64,000 bases of DNA from an uncultured Oscillospiraceae bacterium (GTDB lineage: Bacteria > Bacillota > Clostridia > Saccharofermentanales > UBA5734). The stretch lies in assembly GCA_963827665.1 (NCBI GenBank), contig CAWHBQ010000007.1, positions 6,401 to 70,400 on the forward strand, in the 5' to 3' direction. Below the pieces are notes generated by a model. It made no database searches, was not told where the DNA came from, and saw nothing but the letters and a program-made list of their open reading frames with translations. Positions within the stretch are counted from its first letter, which is position 1, and each line of letters begins with the position of its first letter. A program made the position numbers and the translations under genes. This document shows positions 63,977 through 64,000 of this stretch, piece by piece.

Positions 63977-64000
63977 TCATCTTGATTGGAATCAATTCTT

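Overview
This window looks like core chromosome from a Firmicute, with Clostridia-like gene order, and almost every gene is on the minus strand. I saw no transposase, integrase, phage, CRISPR, restriction-modification or toxin-antitoxin hallmarks.

Reading the minus strand from high to low coordinates, the content is:
- a six-gene regulatory-looking cluster (DRTGG / GHKL-ATPase / [FeFe]-hydrogenase-like / DRTGG / PHP / GHKL-ATPase);
- a tightly coupled operon of membrane protein, AsnC, aminotransferase, prfB, larE, larB, larC and a DUF1638 gene;
- purE-F-N-H-D joined to a nadD::yqeK fusion, then rsfS and comEA;
- thrS and tRNA-Pro;
- thyA, folA, an orphan solute-binding protein, ogt and a flavin reductase;
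- tRNA-His/Gln/Lys and a BspA-type leucine-rich-repeat surface protein;
- tRNA-Gly/Arg, then parE/parC-like topoisomerase genes;
- efp, asp23, amaP, DUF2273, nusB, xseAB, ispA, dxs, nadK, argR and recN;
- rny, ymdB, lspA, rluD, two DUF881 genes and phoH.

Plus-strand genes are an RluA-family synthase, aspartokinase, yitJ, a GNAT acetyltransferase, pfk, a DUF3048 protein and a zinc-ribbon protein.

The two most interesting loci are:
1. A nickel-pincer cofactor operon (larEBC) that ends in DUF1638, with no LarA homologue in the window.
2. A stand-alone sensory-type [FeFe]-hydrogenase-like signalling cluster.

There is also a striking technical or biological anomaly. Five discrete, gene-bounded patches are riddled with +/-1 frameshifts while their flanks are clean:
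- amaP/DUF2273
- aspartokinase
- parE/parC
- GNAT/pfk
- thrS

All coordinates and motifs were read by eye. No database search was possible.
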